Source of the DNA: Podarcis muralis
Taxonomy: Eukaryota
NCBI RefSeq assembly: GCF_964188315.1
Contig: NC_135656.1
Span: 1,116,001-1,180,000, forward strand
Direction: 5' to 3'
Length of the DNA stretch: 64,000 nt
The translations under genes and the position numbers were made by a program. The notes beneath the pieces were generated by a model that was not told the origin of the DNA, made no database searches, and saw only the letters and a program-made list of their open reading frames with translations. Position 1 is the first letter of the stretch. Every line of letters begins with the position of its first letter. This document shows, one piece after another, positions 46,578 through 59,395 of the stretch.

Positions 46578-47481
46578 CTCAGGAAGCTGTGTGAGGGAAA
46601 GGTGTTGTTTGCCTTTGGTGTTGTTTTGAAACACTTTTGAAAATAGGGACTTTTGTCATTTTACTGGGGTTGCTCTGCATAGATGGTTAATGATTAATTT
46701 AGGAGAAACCCCTGTTCTCCTATCCTCAGACTACCTCTTTCCAGAACATACCTCCCCCTTGAAAGCATGCCCATTGCACACAAATCCAGCAAGGTTCATG
46801 GGCAACTACTCGTCTTTTGATGAATCTGTAGCAGAATTTTGCAATTGTACCAGATTAGCAGAAGCCGGGTCATTGTTCCCTGTTCTCAGCTATGTAATTT
46901 CGGGAAATGGGATCACCCTAAGGCGGACGCCTGAAGGTGATTTTACTAGCTGCACGGGTTGATATGGGAGAACACAATCCTATCATTTTCCTGGGCTCAA
47001 GCTGTGAAGACTCGAATGTTAAAAGCAGTACTTTGAACTGTGTCTGGGAATAAAACTACAACTGGCGTAGTCATGAAAAGATACTCTAATTATTTTGGGG
47101 TGTTAATCAGGATGCCAGACCTGGATGCCAATCCCTGGATCTGGCAAGTGCTAGAATTTAATCAAGGCTTCCATTCTTGGAACAGCCAGGCTAGTTTTCT
47201 GGGGAGTTGACAGCCTGGGTGATGAGCCATTAAGGGGGATTCAGGGGCAAATGGGTGGGGGCCCCTCTCTCAACAGATAAAAGTCAGAGTTTGGAGCAGT
47301 GATGTGACCTAGAAGCAAAGCAGTGAGCTGGAATCAGAGCAATGCAGAAAGCAATGAGTGATTTATGTCTGAATCTAAGGCTGTGGCTGTGGGGGAAGCA
47401 AGGCACTTTTGGGGTGCTGTGAACCCCTCCAGCATAGGCTCAGGTTGTATATATGTGTAAATAAACCACACATCATTAATA

Positions 47482-47696
47482 CAGTGGTACCTCAGGTTAA
47501 GAACTTAATTCGTTCTGGAGGTCCATTCTTAACCTGAAACTGTTCTTAACCTGAGGTACCACTTTAGCTAATGGGGCCTCCCGCTGCCGGAGCCCGATTT
47601 CTGTTCTCATCCTGAAGCAAAGTTCTTAACCTGAGGTTCTATTTCTGCATTAGCGGAGTCTGTAACCTGAAGTGTCTGTAACCCGAGGTACCACTG
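47482..47696. mobile_element. Tigger/pogo-like MITE
   Basis: TIRs CAGTGGTACCTC/GAGGTACCACTG, with TA on the left flank. Confidence 0.85.
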
Positions 47697-49308
47697 TGCA
47701 ACACAGTCTCCACTGTGCCTCAAAAGTAAACACAAACTGGGTGATGTGGCACCCTGAGGACAAAATTTGGCACCCCCTAAATGTTTATTATTTTTTATGG
47801 ATCTTCTCAGTAGGTATTATTATTATTATTATTATTTTGCACCCCCTCAGCTTGAGGTTCTTTGTGGGGGAACCACCTGTACCTCCCCCAACAAACTGAG
47901 GTTGATGTTCAATAGCTTGGGGGAGAAGATGCTTTTCTTGCCTTTATTTCCTTTATTTTGTACACGAGTAATAAGTGCAGGTGGCTAAGACTTTAAGATC
48001 AGAAGGACCCTAAATCTCTCTTGTGGCATTCCAGCAGTTAGCAGACAGCAACAGCAGTCTAAATCAATAGCTACTGTTGGTTTAGGCTACTTGTCAATAT
48101 TATAATGCTTTCTAACCCAGGGAACAGTTAAGGAAGCTGTTTCCTGGATGATACATTATGTGTGCACATAGGATTTTTCAGAGGTGTAGAATCTTATCTA
48201 TGGCATGGAATTTAGGTTAAAATGCATGTTACACAAGAGCACAGTCTGGAGAAATTATTCGAAGTTGAGCTAATGGGGGGGTGTGTGTGTGTGCTTGGAT
48301 ACAGCACTTCCTTGCTTCTCTGCTAATTTCCCTAATACTTCTTCTTGTGCATAAAAATGTTTTTTGTTTTTTAAGAACCTCTTTCAGTCTTGAATGTTTC
48401 CTCTATCTATTCCATCCAGACATTTAGAAGCTTCTGTTACCATCTTTCATTAACACAGCTTGTTGTGTTGGCTGAACTCAGTCTCAACAATCGCCTGTTT
48501 AATACAAACCAATGTAAAACCATGGGTTGTGAAGCTGGCTTGTTTCAACAAAGCACAGTTAAGATTAACCAGAGGTGTGGATGTAACCCTAAACTGCAGT
48601 TAATAAAAAAATGGAAGCAAATGCTTTCAGTCACCTCATTCACACCATAGGAGAGGAATCCATGAGAGGCTTAATTCTCATAATGGCAAACCACCATTTA
48701 TGTCTATTATGCCTTCCAGTTGATGAATACCAGATTCCTGCCCTAACCAGGAAGTGAGGGCATCTTCTGAGTGGATTACCACTGGCTTTTCCCTAAAACA
48801 ACATGAGATCTTTCTTGTGAACTTTCTTGATGTATAAGGCAAATAGGAAGTTAGACTACATTTTACTAAAAGCAGGCCCACTGCAATGAATGGACTCAAG
48901 TCTGCTACGCTTTGCTCTGAGTGGGACTTACATTGAAAAGGATGATCAACTGTAAAGCCAATGGACTTCAGTTCAGTATGCTGTGCAATGGATGTTTATT
49001 TTTTTAGGTAAATAAACTGATATGATAACACTCTTGAAGTTTAGGCATGTTTCCTTTCAGAGGTGCAATCATCTTGCCAGTTGGATCTACTCTGAGTATA
49101 ATTAGCACTGGATACAACCCTCAGCTTTTCTGCTGTGACGATGTTCCAGAGCACATGAAGCCACACTTTGAAAGTCATGTTGTCAATGAGTGTGCAGCTC
49201 CTTGCCATTTCTCTCTGGGTTGCCATCAACTTAAATGAGATCAAGACTATGCATGTGATGGTTTCATTGCCTCTTGCTCCCCAGAGCTTCTCCACAATGT
49301 GCACAGGC

Positions 49309-52300
49309 TCACGGTGTAGACACCGCACTGGAATCTCCAAGGGAGACAGCACTTGTCACAACACAGCCTGGCAAATCCGCCTGGATTTTGTGGATGACCT
49401 GGTCTTGGAACTCTAACCCCCTTATATCAAGATGTCTGAGCCGGGGCAATTTCTGGCAAACGGCCACAATGGCTTCTGAGGAAAGCTTGCAACAGGCCTC
49501 CAGGCAGAGGTCCTCCAAGTCTAGCAAGCTGCTTAAACAAGGAAGACCTCTGTTTTCCAGAGAAGGATTGTCCCCGAGGTCCAAACTTTGCAGGTGCCTC
49601 ATGTGGAACGCAATGACATGTGTGAGTAAATTGCCAATGCTACAGCGACGCAGGGTGAGGTGTTCTAGGCCTCCCAGGTGTGGTGCTGCTGCCTGGAAAC
49701 CTGCAACAGTTATCCGGTACGCCTCGGACAGGACCAGAGTCTTGAGATTGCCCTGGATGGAGATGTTCAGCAGGTGCTGGCTGGAGAAGGCAGGGACATT
49801 CTGGATTACAAGGTGCTGAATCTGTGGAAAGGCAGGGCAGGTCTTCGAGGCTTCAGACACTTTGAACCACAGAGAAGGGATCTCACAGGAGCTCAGTTCC
49901 AGGGTCGTGACAGAGGAAGGGATGCAATCATAGGAGAGTGAGCGAAGGTCCGTCTCTGTCAGGCACAGGCGGTGGAGATTGGGGCATTGCCTGCCCAAGG
50001 CCTGCATTAGTGCTGGGGTAAAAACTTCTTGCTTGCGAATGGAGTGGAGGCATCCCCGTGCCTTCAGCGCCCGCAGGCTGCCTCGAAGATTGTTCCGCAG
50101 CAAGTGCCATAGGGCCTTGGAGGACATCTAAGTACAGGGAAGTGAAGTTTGCATGCATATCAAAAGCCACATGGGCACACGAGGAAGAGAGCACTACAAC
50201 TGCCAAATCACTGCCAGACCAACTAACGCAAGGCTGCAAGGCTGTCCTCATTTAGCTGGAGACAGGCCCATGCAACTCTGTGGGACTCGCACCTTGGGGG
50301 AACATAAAGGGCAACAGATGGCGGAACATGCACAGTTTGCAGCCAATTTCCTAATGTCACATCCACACTGCATATTTAAAGTTTCCCCTACCCCCGAAAT
50401 CCCAGGAACTAGAGTTTGTTAACGGTGCTTGGAATTATGGTTCTGTGAAGGGTAAACTACAGCTTCCATTGTTCTTTAGGAGGAAGCCATGTGCTTTATA
50501 ATGTGGATGTCAAATGTACTGGCAAAATGTTGAAGTTTCCAAAATGTTGTTTCATTTGCTGTTTGGGAACTCAGGAAAGGGATGGAAATGTTTCATTTTA
50601 ATTTAGATGCATGCAGGGAGAAGGGGGTGGGACCTCAGAAGCAAATCTCACTGTGCTCAATGAGGCTGACTTCTTAGAAATTTTAGGATTATAGCCTAAG
50701 ATTCCAGTGACTAAGGACAAAGCCTGCCCTCATCCTCCCCTGACTAATAAATCTAAAATAAATTGTACAAAATAGTGTATTAAATTTACAGAATTTTGTA
50801 CATTAAGTACATTACTTTAATTTGCATAATTTATACAGGTTGGCAGAAAGTCTCATGCCTGCTGTCCGCTAGATCATTTTGCTCCAGGATACTGGATATC
50901 TGGCTAAAGTCATCCTCTAGCGTTTTCGCACTGACTCTGATCTGGCATAGCCTGCTCCTCACATGGGGGAAGGGCCAGAGGTCAGTGGCAGAACACTTGC
51001 TTTGCCTGCAGAAGGTCCCAGTTTCCATTCCTGGCATCTCCAGGTGGAAACCCTGGAAAGCTGCAGCCAATCATTGTACAGTGGTACCTCTGGTTGCGAA
51101 CAGGATCCGTTCTGGAGGCCCGTTTGCAACATGAAAAGAAGGCAACCCGCGTCTGCGCATGCGCGGGTTGAGATTCACCGCTTCTGCGCATGCACGTGAC
51201 ATCATTTTGCACGTCTGTGCATGTGCGAGCGGCGAAACCCAGAAGTAACCCTTTCCGGTACTTCTGGGTCGCCGTGGGACGTATCCTGAAAGAACATAAC
51301 ATGAAGCGGATGTAACTTGAGGTATGACTGTACATAGTACTTGGCTAGATGGGCCTCTTCTCTAACTTGGTGTAGGGCAGCTCCCTATGCGCCTACCTAC
51401 CCAGGTCTGTTGCCACAACTACCCAGCAACTAGTTTAAGATGGAGGGCAGGCATTTTTACCTTGTAAGGCGTTAGGTCCAAGTATCTCCACAGCAATTTG
51501 TCCCGCACCAAGCGACGCCATCGTCTGCAGACTCTGCAGAAAGACGAGAATAGCTGAGTCATTGTCATGGGCCTGAGATGAAACAGCCAGGTTGATCATC
51601 TGGCATCCTGCCATACCTGGGGTTGCTATATTTCAAAAAGTGAAAATTGGGACAGAAAAGTTGTTGGGCTTTTTTGGTTTTGCCCAAATCTCGAACAATT
51701 GAACAAACTGTAAGTTTTTGAACTAATTTTAAGGGAAATCACCAAAAACAACACTGCCAACATGGGCTGCCATACACCCATATTGTCCCAGATGTTTCAA
51801 TGATTTCCACCTGAATGCTGTTTCCAGCTGTTTTTGATTGCCAGCTATATCCAGGAAATTCCGGACATATGGTAAGCCTAGCCAAACGGCACAGAACCAA
51901 GGGGGGCAACCATACTGCTTGAATAATTACATTGCCTGAAATTAACTTTCCTGGAATCTGTACAGCAGATGACTGCTGCTTAGACTCCTCTTTGATCTGA
52001 TGTGGCCGTGAGAGGAGAACAGCTGTGTGATAAGGGAGAAAGGCTGAAGGAGGTTGAGGAGGAGGCTTGGAGCTGAGCAGGCAGAAGGTAAAAAGTGTGT
52101 ATTAAACTGAAGTTAACAGAGTAATTCCCAGTTGTGATGGATGGAAGTGACAGCTGGACCATAAAGAAGGCTGATCGCCGAAGAATTGATGCTTTTGAAT
52201 TATGATGCTGGAGGAGACTCTTGAGAGTCCCATGGACTGCAAGAAGATCAAACCTCTCCATTCTGAAGGAAATCAGCCCTGAGTGCTCACTGGAAGGACA

Positions 52301-53168
52301 GATTCTGAAGCTGAGGCTCCAGTACTTTGGCCACCTCATGAGAAGAGAAGACTCCCTGGAAAAGACCCTGATGTTGGGAAAGATGGAGGGCACAAGGAGA
52401 AGGGGACCACAGAGGACGAGATGGTTGGATAGTGTTTTCGAGGTTACCAGCATGAGTTTGACCAAACTGCGGGAGGTAGTGGAGGACAGAGGTGCCTGGC
52501 GTGCTCTGGCCCATGGGGTCACGAAGAGTCGGACACGACTAAACGACTAAACAACAACAACAGAGTAATTTAGTTTATAGAGATTTTTTGCACTGATATT
52601 TTGGATATGGCTGGGGCTAGAAATGGGATTGATCTTAACGTTGTGTGGTTTTTAGAACCGTTAGCCATTTTGAGTTTCTTTTGCAAAATATGAAGTATAT
52701 AAACTTTTAAAATAATATGGGGGGGAATAAACACATGAATAACCGCCTCCGATAATTTCACATTCGATAATGATGGCATAATGTGAACAGCTCAGTGGGC
52801 AGAGCACGAGGCTTAATCTGCGGGCCGTGGGTTCGATTCCTGCCTTGCAGGGCGTTGGACTAGTCACTAGAGGGCCCTCGCGGCCCCGCCCCGTCCTAGT
52901 TCCAGCGTGCCAACCACAACGCCCCTGCAGGCGAGCCTGGGCATTGCAGCCCCGCCCTGGCCAGGAAGCGGCTCGAGAGGACGGAGAGCGGCAGCCGCAG
53001 GATGGACCGAACCACTCTGTGGAAGTGGGGGGGGGGAGGAAACCATGAAGCCGGGAGAAGGGAAGGAAACACCCACCGGGCCCCGCCCAGCCGGTCGCGC
53101 GGCGGCAGGCACTCCAGAATCCGGAGCAGGAGCGAGTCCGGGAGGGCGCAGAGGCCTGGCCGCTCCAT
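49309..53168 (-). CDS. FBXL12: F-box/LRR protein 12, 327 aa
   Basis: Exons 53168-53077 (F-box LPDSLLLRILECLPPRDRL), 51533-51461 (VCRRWRRLVRDKLLWRYLDL) and 50127-49309 (MSSKALWHLLR plus LRRs). Introns are GT-AG with phases 2 and 0. The structure matches human FBXL12 as I recall it, and the gene is head-to-head with UBL5. Confidence 0.93.
51079..51330. mobile_element. Tigger/pogo-like MITE in FBXL12 intron 2
   Basis: TIRs CAGTGGTACCTC/GAGGTATGACTG with a TA duplication. Confidence 0.85.
52127..52558 (+). mobile_element. BovB 3' fragment in FBXL12 intron 1
   Basis: RT C-terminus [14 protein letters not shown], (CAA)n tail and a 12-bp TSD AACAGAGTAATT (52115-52126, 52559-52570). Confidence 0.95.
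52784..52880 (+). mobile_element. tRNA-head/CR1-tail SINE (other copies ~59705-59830 and ~60745-60890, minus)
   Basis: AGCTCAGTGG.CAGAGCA...GGTTCGATTCC head followed by CR1-like TTGCAGGG.GTTGGACTAG. Confidence 0.7.
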
Positions 53169-53500
53169 TCCGCCGCCGTTGGTTCCTTCCGCGGGCTGCT
53201 CCGGCCTCGCTTCCGCTTCCTCTGGGAGAGAGTCCCCCGGAAGTAGCTCTCGTGGTTCCTCTTCCGGGGCGTCGCTTCCGTTTGCGCCTGGTCTCCGGCT
53301 GTCAAGAGTCCGCTGAATTCAGGTAGGTCCGGGGCGGCAAGCGGGGATCCTCCGGGGCCGGAGACGGGGCGGGCCTCCCGTCGCCCCACCCCAGGCCTCT
53401 GGCCCTGCTGGCGGGGTCGGGTGGGGGCTGGAGGGCAACCCGCGCGGCCTCTCCCGGGGCCGCCCAGGCGCTGCGCTGAGTTGCTCTGCCCGCGAGTCTC
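52880..53500. promoter_or_regulatory. CpG island and FBXL12/UBL5 bidirectional promoter
   Basis: CpG-dense. The FBXL12 ATG (53168, minus) is ~150 bp from the UBL5 non-coding exon 1 donor (CAG|GTAGGT at 53322/53323). Several ETS-type CCGGAAG/CTTCCG motifs lie at ~53200-53280. Confidence 0.85.
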
Positions 53501-53672
53501 TTGCGTTGAGAGGCAGCCTTTATTTTGTATGCTTCCGGTGCGGTTCATTTCGAGCTCTTTGCTATGTCGCTTTAAATGTGCTTGTGCCTGGTGGGGTTAT
53601 TGGTTCGTTTCGTTAGTGTGCTTGTTTTTATTGTGTTCTCTGTGGTTTTATTGTGTTCTCTGTGGTGTTCTC

Positions 53673-53922
53673 AGCCAGTGTGGTGTAGTGGTTAAGAGCG
53701 GTAGACTCGTAATCTGGGGAACCGGGTTCGCGTCTCCGCTCCTCCACCTGCAGCTGCTGGGTGACCTTGGGCCAGTCTCCCTTCTCTGAAGTCTCTCAGC
53801 CCCACTCACCTCACAGAGTGTTTGTTGTGGGGGAGGAAGGGGAAAGGAGAATGTTAGCCGCTTTGAGACTCCTGAAGGGGAGTGAAAGGCGGGATATCAA
53901 ATCCAAACTCTTCTTCTTCTTC
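53673..53922 (+). mobile_element. tRNA-derived squamate SINE in UBL5 intron 1
   Basis: AGCCAGTGTGGTGTAGTGGTTAAGAGCGG...GGTTCG...(TTC)n, the same family as 28150-28403. Confidence 0.9.
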
Positions 53923-54483
53923 TTTTATTCTGCATTTTTATGCTGTGAACCACCCTGAGATCTTCAGATGAAGGGCGGTATGCAAATTTAATAAATGATA
54001 GTAATAATAATAATAATTGTTTGGAATTTATCTGAGGATAAATGTACAGAATGTGAATCCATCCCTTTGCAGTTGGATTGTTGAAAGAGTGGTTATTGTG
54101 TAACTGTAAAATATTGGGGGACAACTAGAAGTGGATTCCTGTGTTTTATCCTAGTTATGTGCCTTTGAGAGTTGTGAATAAAGACAACATTTCCCATGAT
54201 GTTAACGTTCTGGAGGGAGAAGTTGTACTGGTAACACTTCTCTATCTTAATTTTCTTTAATCATCAGTATTCCCTGTCAGTTGAGAAAGCATCCCCCCAT
54301 TTTCTTTCGATTCTGCTTTTAAAAACTGTATACCCCAAGTATACAGGACCAAGTGGCATAAGACATACACTTTTAAACAAATGAATCATCCTGTCTTTTC
54401 TTCCCAACAGAGCCTCAGAAGGCAGGAGGCCAAAGGTCTCCTTGCTCAGCAGTTTCTTGGGGTTGTTCTGGTACCTGATCGGG

Positions 54484-57400
54484 ATGATTGAAGTGGTTTG
54501 CAACGATCGGCTGGGCAAGAAAGTGAGAGTGAAGTGCAAGTATCCAAAGCTCAAAAGAAGTAGCTTCTGCTGGAGGCTCGAATGGCATCTTCCTGCCCTA
54601 TATGCAGCAATCGTGTTTTATTTGAGGCTCTGGTGTATGAAAAAAGAGGAGGCAAGGTAGTGATCACTTGGGACGTGAACATGGTTTGAATGGAGGTTCC
54701 ATTTTTTAATTGTGTAGCTGTTGTTTAGTCGTTTAGTCATGTCCGACTCTTCATGACCCCATGGACCAGAGCACGCCAGGCACTCCTGTCTTTCACTGCC
54801 TCCTGCAGTTTGGTCAAACTCATGCTGGTAGCTTCGAGAACACTGTCCCACCATCTTGTCCTCTGTCGTCCCCTTCTCCTTTCCCAACATGAGGGTCTTT
54901 TCCAGGGAGTCTTCTCTTCTCATGAGGTGGCCAAAGTATTGGAGCCTCAGCTTCAGGATCAGTCCTTCCAGTGAGCGCTCAGGGCTGATTTCCTTCAGAA
55001 TGCATAGGTTTGATCTTCTTGCAGTCCATGGGACTCTCAAGAGTCTCCTCCAGCACCAAAATTCAAAAGTATCAATTCTTCGGCGATCAGCCTTCTTTAT
55101 GGTCCAGCTCTCACTTCCATACATCACTCCTGGGAAAACCATAGCTTTAACTATACAGACCTTTGTTGGCAATGTGATGTCTCTGCTTTTTAAGATGTTA
55201 TCTAGGTTTGTCATCACTTTTCTCCCAAGAAGCAGGCGTCTTTTAATTTGGTGACTGCTGTCACCATCTGCAGTGATCATGGAGCCCAAGAAAGTAATAT
55301 CTCTCACTGACTCCATTTCTTCCCCTTCGATTTGCCTGGAAGTGATGGGACCAGTGGCCATGATCTTTGTTTTTTTGATGTTGAGCTTCAGACCATATTT
55401 TGTGCTATCCTCTTTCACCCTCATTAAAAGGTTCTTTAATTCCTCCTCACTTTCTGCCATCAAGGTTGTGTCATCTGCATATCTGAGGTTGTTGATATTT
55501 CTTCCAACGATCTTAATTCTGACTAGGGATTCATCCAGTCCAGCCTTTCGCATGATGAATTCTGCATATAAGTTAAATAAGCAGGGAGACAATATACAGC
55601 CTTGTCGTACTCCTTTCCCAATTTTGAACCAATCTGTTGTTCCATATCCAGTTCTAACTGTAGCTTCTTGTCCCACATAGAGATTTCTCAGGAGACAGAT
55701 GAGGCACTCCCATTTCTTTAAGAACTTGCCATAGTTTGCTGTGGTCGACACAGTCAAAGGCTTTTGCATAGTCAATGAAGGAGAAGTAGATGTTTTTCTG
55801 GAACTCTCTAGCTTTCTCCATAATCCAGTGCACGTTTGCAATTTGGTCTCTGGTTCCTCTGCCCCTTTGAAATCCAGCTTGCACTTCTGGGAGTTCTCGG
55901 TCCACATACTGCTTAAGCCTGCCTTGTAGAATTTTAAGCATAACCTTGCTAGCATGCGAAATGATTGCAATTGTGCGGTAGTTGGAGCATTCTTTGGCAC
56001 TGCCCTTCTTTGGGATTGGGATGTAGGATCTTCTCCAATCCTCTGGCCACTGCTGAGTTTTCCAAATTTGCTGGCATATTGAGTGTAGCACCTTAACAGC
56101 ATCATCTTTTAAAATTTTAAATAGTTCAGCTGGAATGTCATCACTTCCACTGACCTTGTTATTAGCGATGCTTTCTAAGGCCCATTTGACTTCACTCTCC
56201 AGGATGTCTGGCTCAAGGTCAGCAACCACACTACCTGGGGTGTACGAGACATCCATATCTTTCTGGTATAATTCCTCTGTGTATTCTTGCCACCTCTTCT
56301 TGATGTCTTCTGCTTCTGTTAGGTCCTTACCACTTTTATCCTTCATTATGGTAATTTTTGCATGAAATGTTCCTTTCATATCTCCAATTTTCTTGAATAG
56401 ATCTCTGGTTTTTCCCATTCTATTGTTTTCCTCTCTTTCTTTGCATTGCTCCTTTAAGAGGGCCCTCTTGTTTCTCCTTGCTATTTTTTGGAAATCTGCA
56501 TTCAATTTCCTGTATCTTTCACTATCTCCCTCACATTTTGCTTGCCTTCTCTCCCCCGCTATAGCTACAGTCAGCTCCAGATCTTGTTTTTGCTTCTCCA
56601 TGTTTGGCTGCAGAATTGTGTAGCTAGCAAGAAGATATAATAAGATATCTCTTACTGTGAGTGCAGGGTTTATGGGAGGGGTGGTACCTTTGGTTGGGGA
56701 ACACGTTGTGCTCCTTCTGGGGTAGTTTATTCACCTTTGGTCCCCACACTGCACTCGGCTCTCGCCTGTGGCTCCTAGAAGCTGTCAGCATGTGGAATCA
56801 GCCACACCCCAGGAAACAGCTTAGACTGGCTGGGGAAACCTGGTTAGGGTAGCCAACAGGAGAGGCAATGGGTATGTGAAAATGGAGGTGAAAAAGTGCC
56901 CAGGCTTAAGTACCCAGGCTTCAGCTCAGTTGGGATTGAGTATTTAAGATCTCACAGAAGAGCTGGGGAGTAAAGAGAAAGGGAGAACTGGCACTGTTTA
57001 GGGAGAAGATTTCAGGTTTAAGGCAGGCATCCCCAAACGTAGCCCTCCAGATGTTTTGGGACACATTTCCCATCATCCTTGACCACTGGTCCTGTTAGCT
57101 AGGGATGATGGAAGTTGTAGTCCCAACGCATCTGGAGGGCCAAGTTTGGGGGTGCCTGGTCTAAGGGAATGGGTGGTTTGTGGGTGCAGGAAACCTTTGG
57201 GTGACTGAAGCAGCACAATCATGCCTTTTCATAAATTGTGACACACATTTTATGGTTGGAGATGAGGAAAGGGTTCTGTCATAAGTGTATGGATTGTGCA
57301 TATGTGTATGTTTGGATCGTACATGTCTAACTCAGGAGTGGGAAAGCTGTGGCCCTCCAGGCGGTGCTGGACTGAAATCTTCCTCCTCTCTATTTATTGG

Positions 57401-59395
57401 CAATTCTGCCTGGGGCTGATGGGAGCTGGAGTCCAAAAACATTTGAAGGGTCAGAGGTTAGTCACCCTTTGTTTATGTGGTATCCACCCTGAGCTTGTAA
57501 CATCCAAATATGTTTCTTCTCCCATGTATTTGCAAGCATAACTCGAGGCCACTGTGTGTGATATACATGTGTACACAGCCCCAATTGTGTTGGGCATCCA
57601 GGTACTAAATTGCTTGGGACTGGTAGATGGTGCACAATCTACACATAGTCTGCTTACTGCTTTTGATTTAAGACATCCTTTCCTTAACTCGTACCACCAC
57701 TCAGCTCTGACGACACCATTAGGGACTTGAAAAAGCTCATTGCTGCGCAGACTGGCACACGGTGGGACAAGATTGTGTTGAAGAAATGGTGAGTAGAAAT
57801 GAGCAAAGCATCAGGGCCCCTCAGGCAGTTCCCTCAGCTTGTTCTTAGCACTAACAATGCAATAGCACAGTGCATGCTTTCAGTACAAGAAGCCCAGATC
57901 TCCAGGTTTCCACACATGATTACAGACCTGCATGGATGTTATACTGCTTAGTATTGATCTTCGTAAACCACTTACAGTATTTGTATAGTTCCTTTCAACC
58001 GTAGTGGTTCTTCAAAGCAATTATCATCAAAAACAGCAATTGATAATATCAATTAAAAGCAATTAATTTTAAAGTATAATGAGCAATACCAAAACAAGGA
58101 AAATATGAAAGTGGCACAAAGTTCCAAAATTGCCAGGTAAAAATCAAACAGAAGAGCCGTGATAAAATAAATAAGTCTTTCTTGCCCTCTGAGAGGAATA
58201 GAAAGAATGTGCCAACCATACTTGGAGGAAAAGAGAATCTCATAGCTTAGGGGCAGGCCGTTGAAAAGGCCTTACTCTTCATTGATGATAGGCTAAACTC
58301 CATAGTTGCAATGTGGAGTGGGCCTGATGGATAGTTTTTAATGTCTAGGGTGGGTGTGCCTCATATAGAAAGAGGCTGGGGAAACCCAGCCACATGAAAT
58401 TGTTGTTGTTGTTGTTAAGGACCAATTCCATTTAGGACTTTCAAGGCCAAATCCTTCAACCTGAGTTGCAGTAAGAAACAAATCTCTTAAAAATCCATCA
58501 TGTTAGTTGTCAAAATTTTAACAATGTCATAATTGCTGTATTTTATTGAGCTGTGTAACAAATTACGGTTGACTAACTGCCTTTCTTGTTAATGTTTTAG
58601 GTATACAATTTTCAAGGACCATGTTTCATTGGCAGACTGTATCCTTAAAAAATCTTGGTGATTTGCGGTAAATTAATAGGCTGGCCAGGTGGGTCCAGAG
58701 GGGGTAGGGGCAGGGAAAGGAAAGAAGGGGGTAATACTCTTCAGCTTGAATTGAGCAGATTTCGATCATGGTTAATTTATTTCTTTTTTACTCCAGTTGA
58801 GTGGGGTATAAATAATAACAATAAAAAATAATAAATAATTTACATAAATAAATTTATGTAAACTATTTCTCTACTACTTTATATCTATAAAATAATAATA
58901 ATCACTTTCCCACCATGCACATAGACAGAAACTTGCTAGATGATCTCTGGAATCATTGTGCTTAATAATTTTCATACGTATCCAAGTGTGTAATGAACAG
59001 ATGAACAACTTTTAAAGATGTGTAGATTGGTTTCTACTTATGAATGCTTTCCATAAAATATTGAAGTGAATTCACAGTAAAGACAACAATAAAACAATTA
59101 AAAACAGTACCATAAGTTTTAAAATATGACTACTCTGTGCAGTTGGGCAGCATTTAGAGCGAATCTGTTGGGATGTATATGTGCTTGGATAATTCATAAA
59201 TTAAGTATGAATTTCAGCACCTAGGATAAATTTGAAAAGTATCATTATTCTGGCATTGTGGTAGATTTTTCCCATCATATACATCAAGCCCAATTTATAA
59301 AAATACAGAAATATTTTTCAGTGGAATTTCACCTTAACTCCTCACTTCCAGATGAAATTCATGATGGCATGAACCTAGAACTATATTATCAGTAG
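54484..59395 (+). CDS. UBL5: Ubiquitin-like protein 5 (Hub1), 73 aa
   Basis: Exons 54484-54539, 57705-57788, 58601-58638 and 59352-59395 total 222 nt and give [79 protein letters not shown] lies near 59595. Confidence 0.98.
54540..57704 (+). other. UBL5: U12-type (minor spliceosome) GT-AG intron of UBL5
   Basis: 5' site GTATCCAA and branch TCCTTAAC at 57681-57688, with the branch A 17 nt from the AG and no real polypyrimidine tract. Confidence 0.85.
54720..56613 (-). mobile_element. 5'-truncated BovB within the UBL5 U12 intron
   Basis: BovB RT translation, (CAA)n-type tail at ~54720 and a 12-bp TSD AATTGTGTAGCT (54708-54719, 56614-56625). Confidence 0.95.
58639..59351 (+). other. UBL5: Second U12-type GT-AG intron of UBL5
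   Basis: Consensus 5' site GTATCCTT and branch ACCTTAAC at 59331-59338, ~14 nt before the AG. Confidence 0.92.

Noticed and set aside
52784-52860. Possible tRNA gene (also SINE heads at 14455, 28403, 53673)
   Set aside because: A/B boxes are present, but I could not fold a full cloverleaf and each continues into a repeated SINE body.
52661-53548. 295-aa minus-strand ORF and overlapping ORFs at 52827-53789
   Set aside because: Stop-poor GC-rich CpG island, with low-complexity R/G/P/A translations in several frames.
58601-58638. UBL5 G58A relative to human (SLADY)
   Set aside because: It is a conservative change at a position that differs in yeast Hub1 as I recall. The functionally known D22 and H63 are intact.
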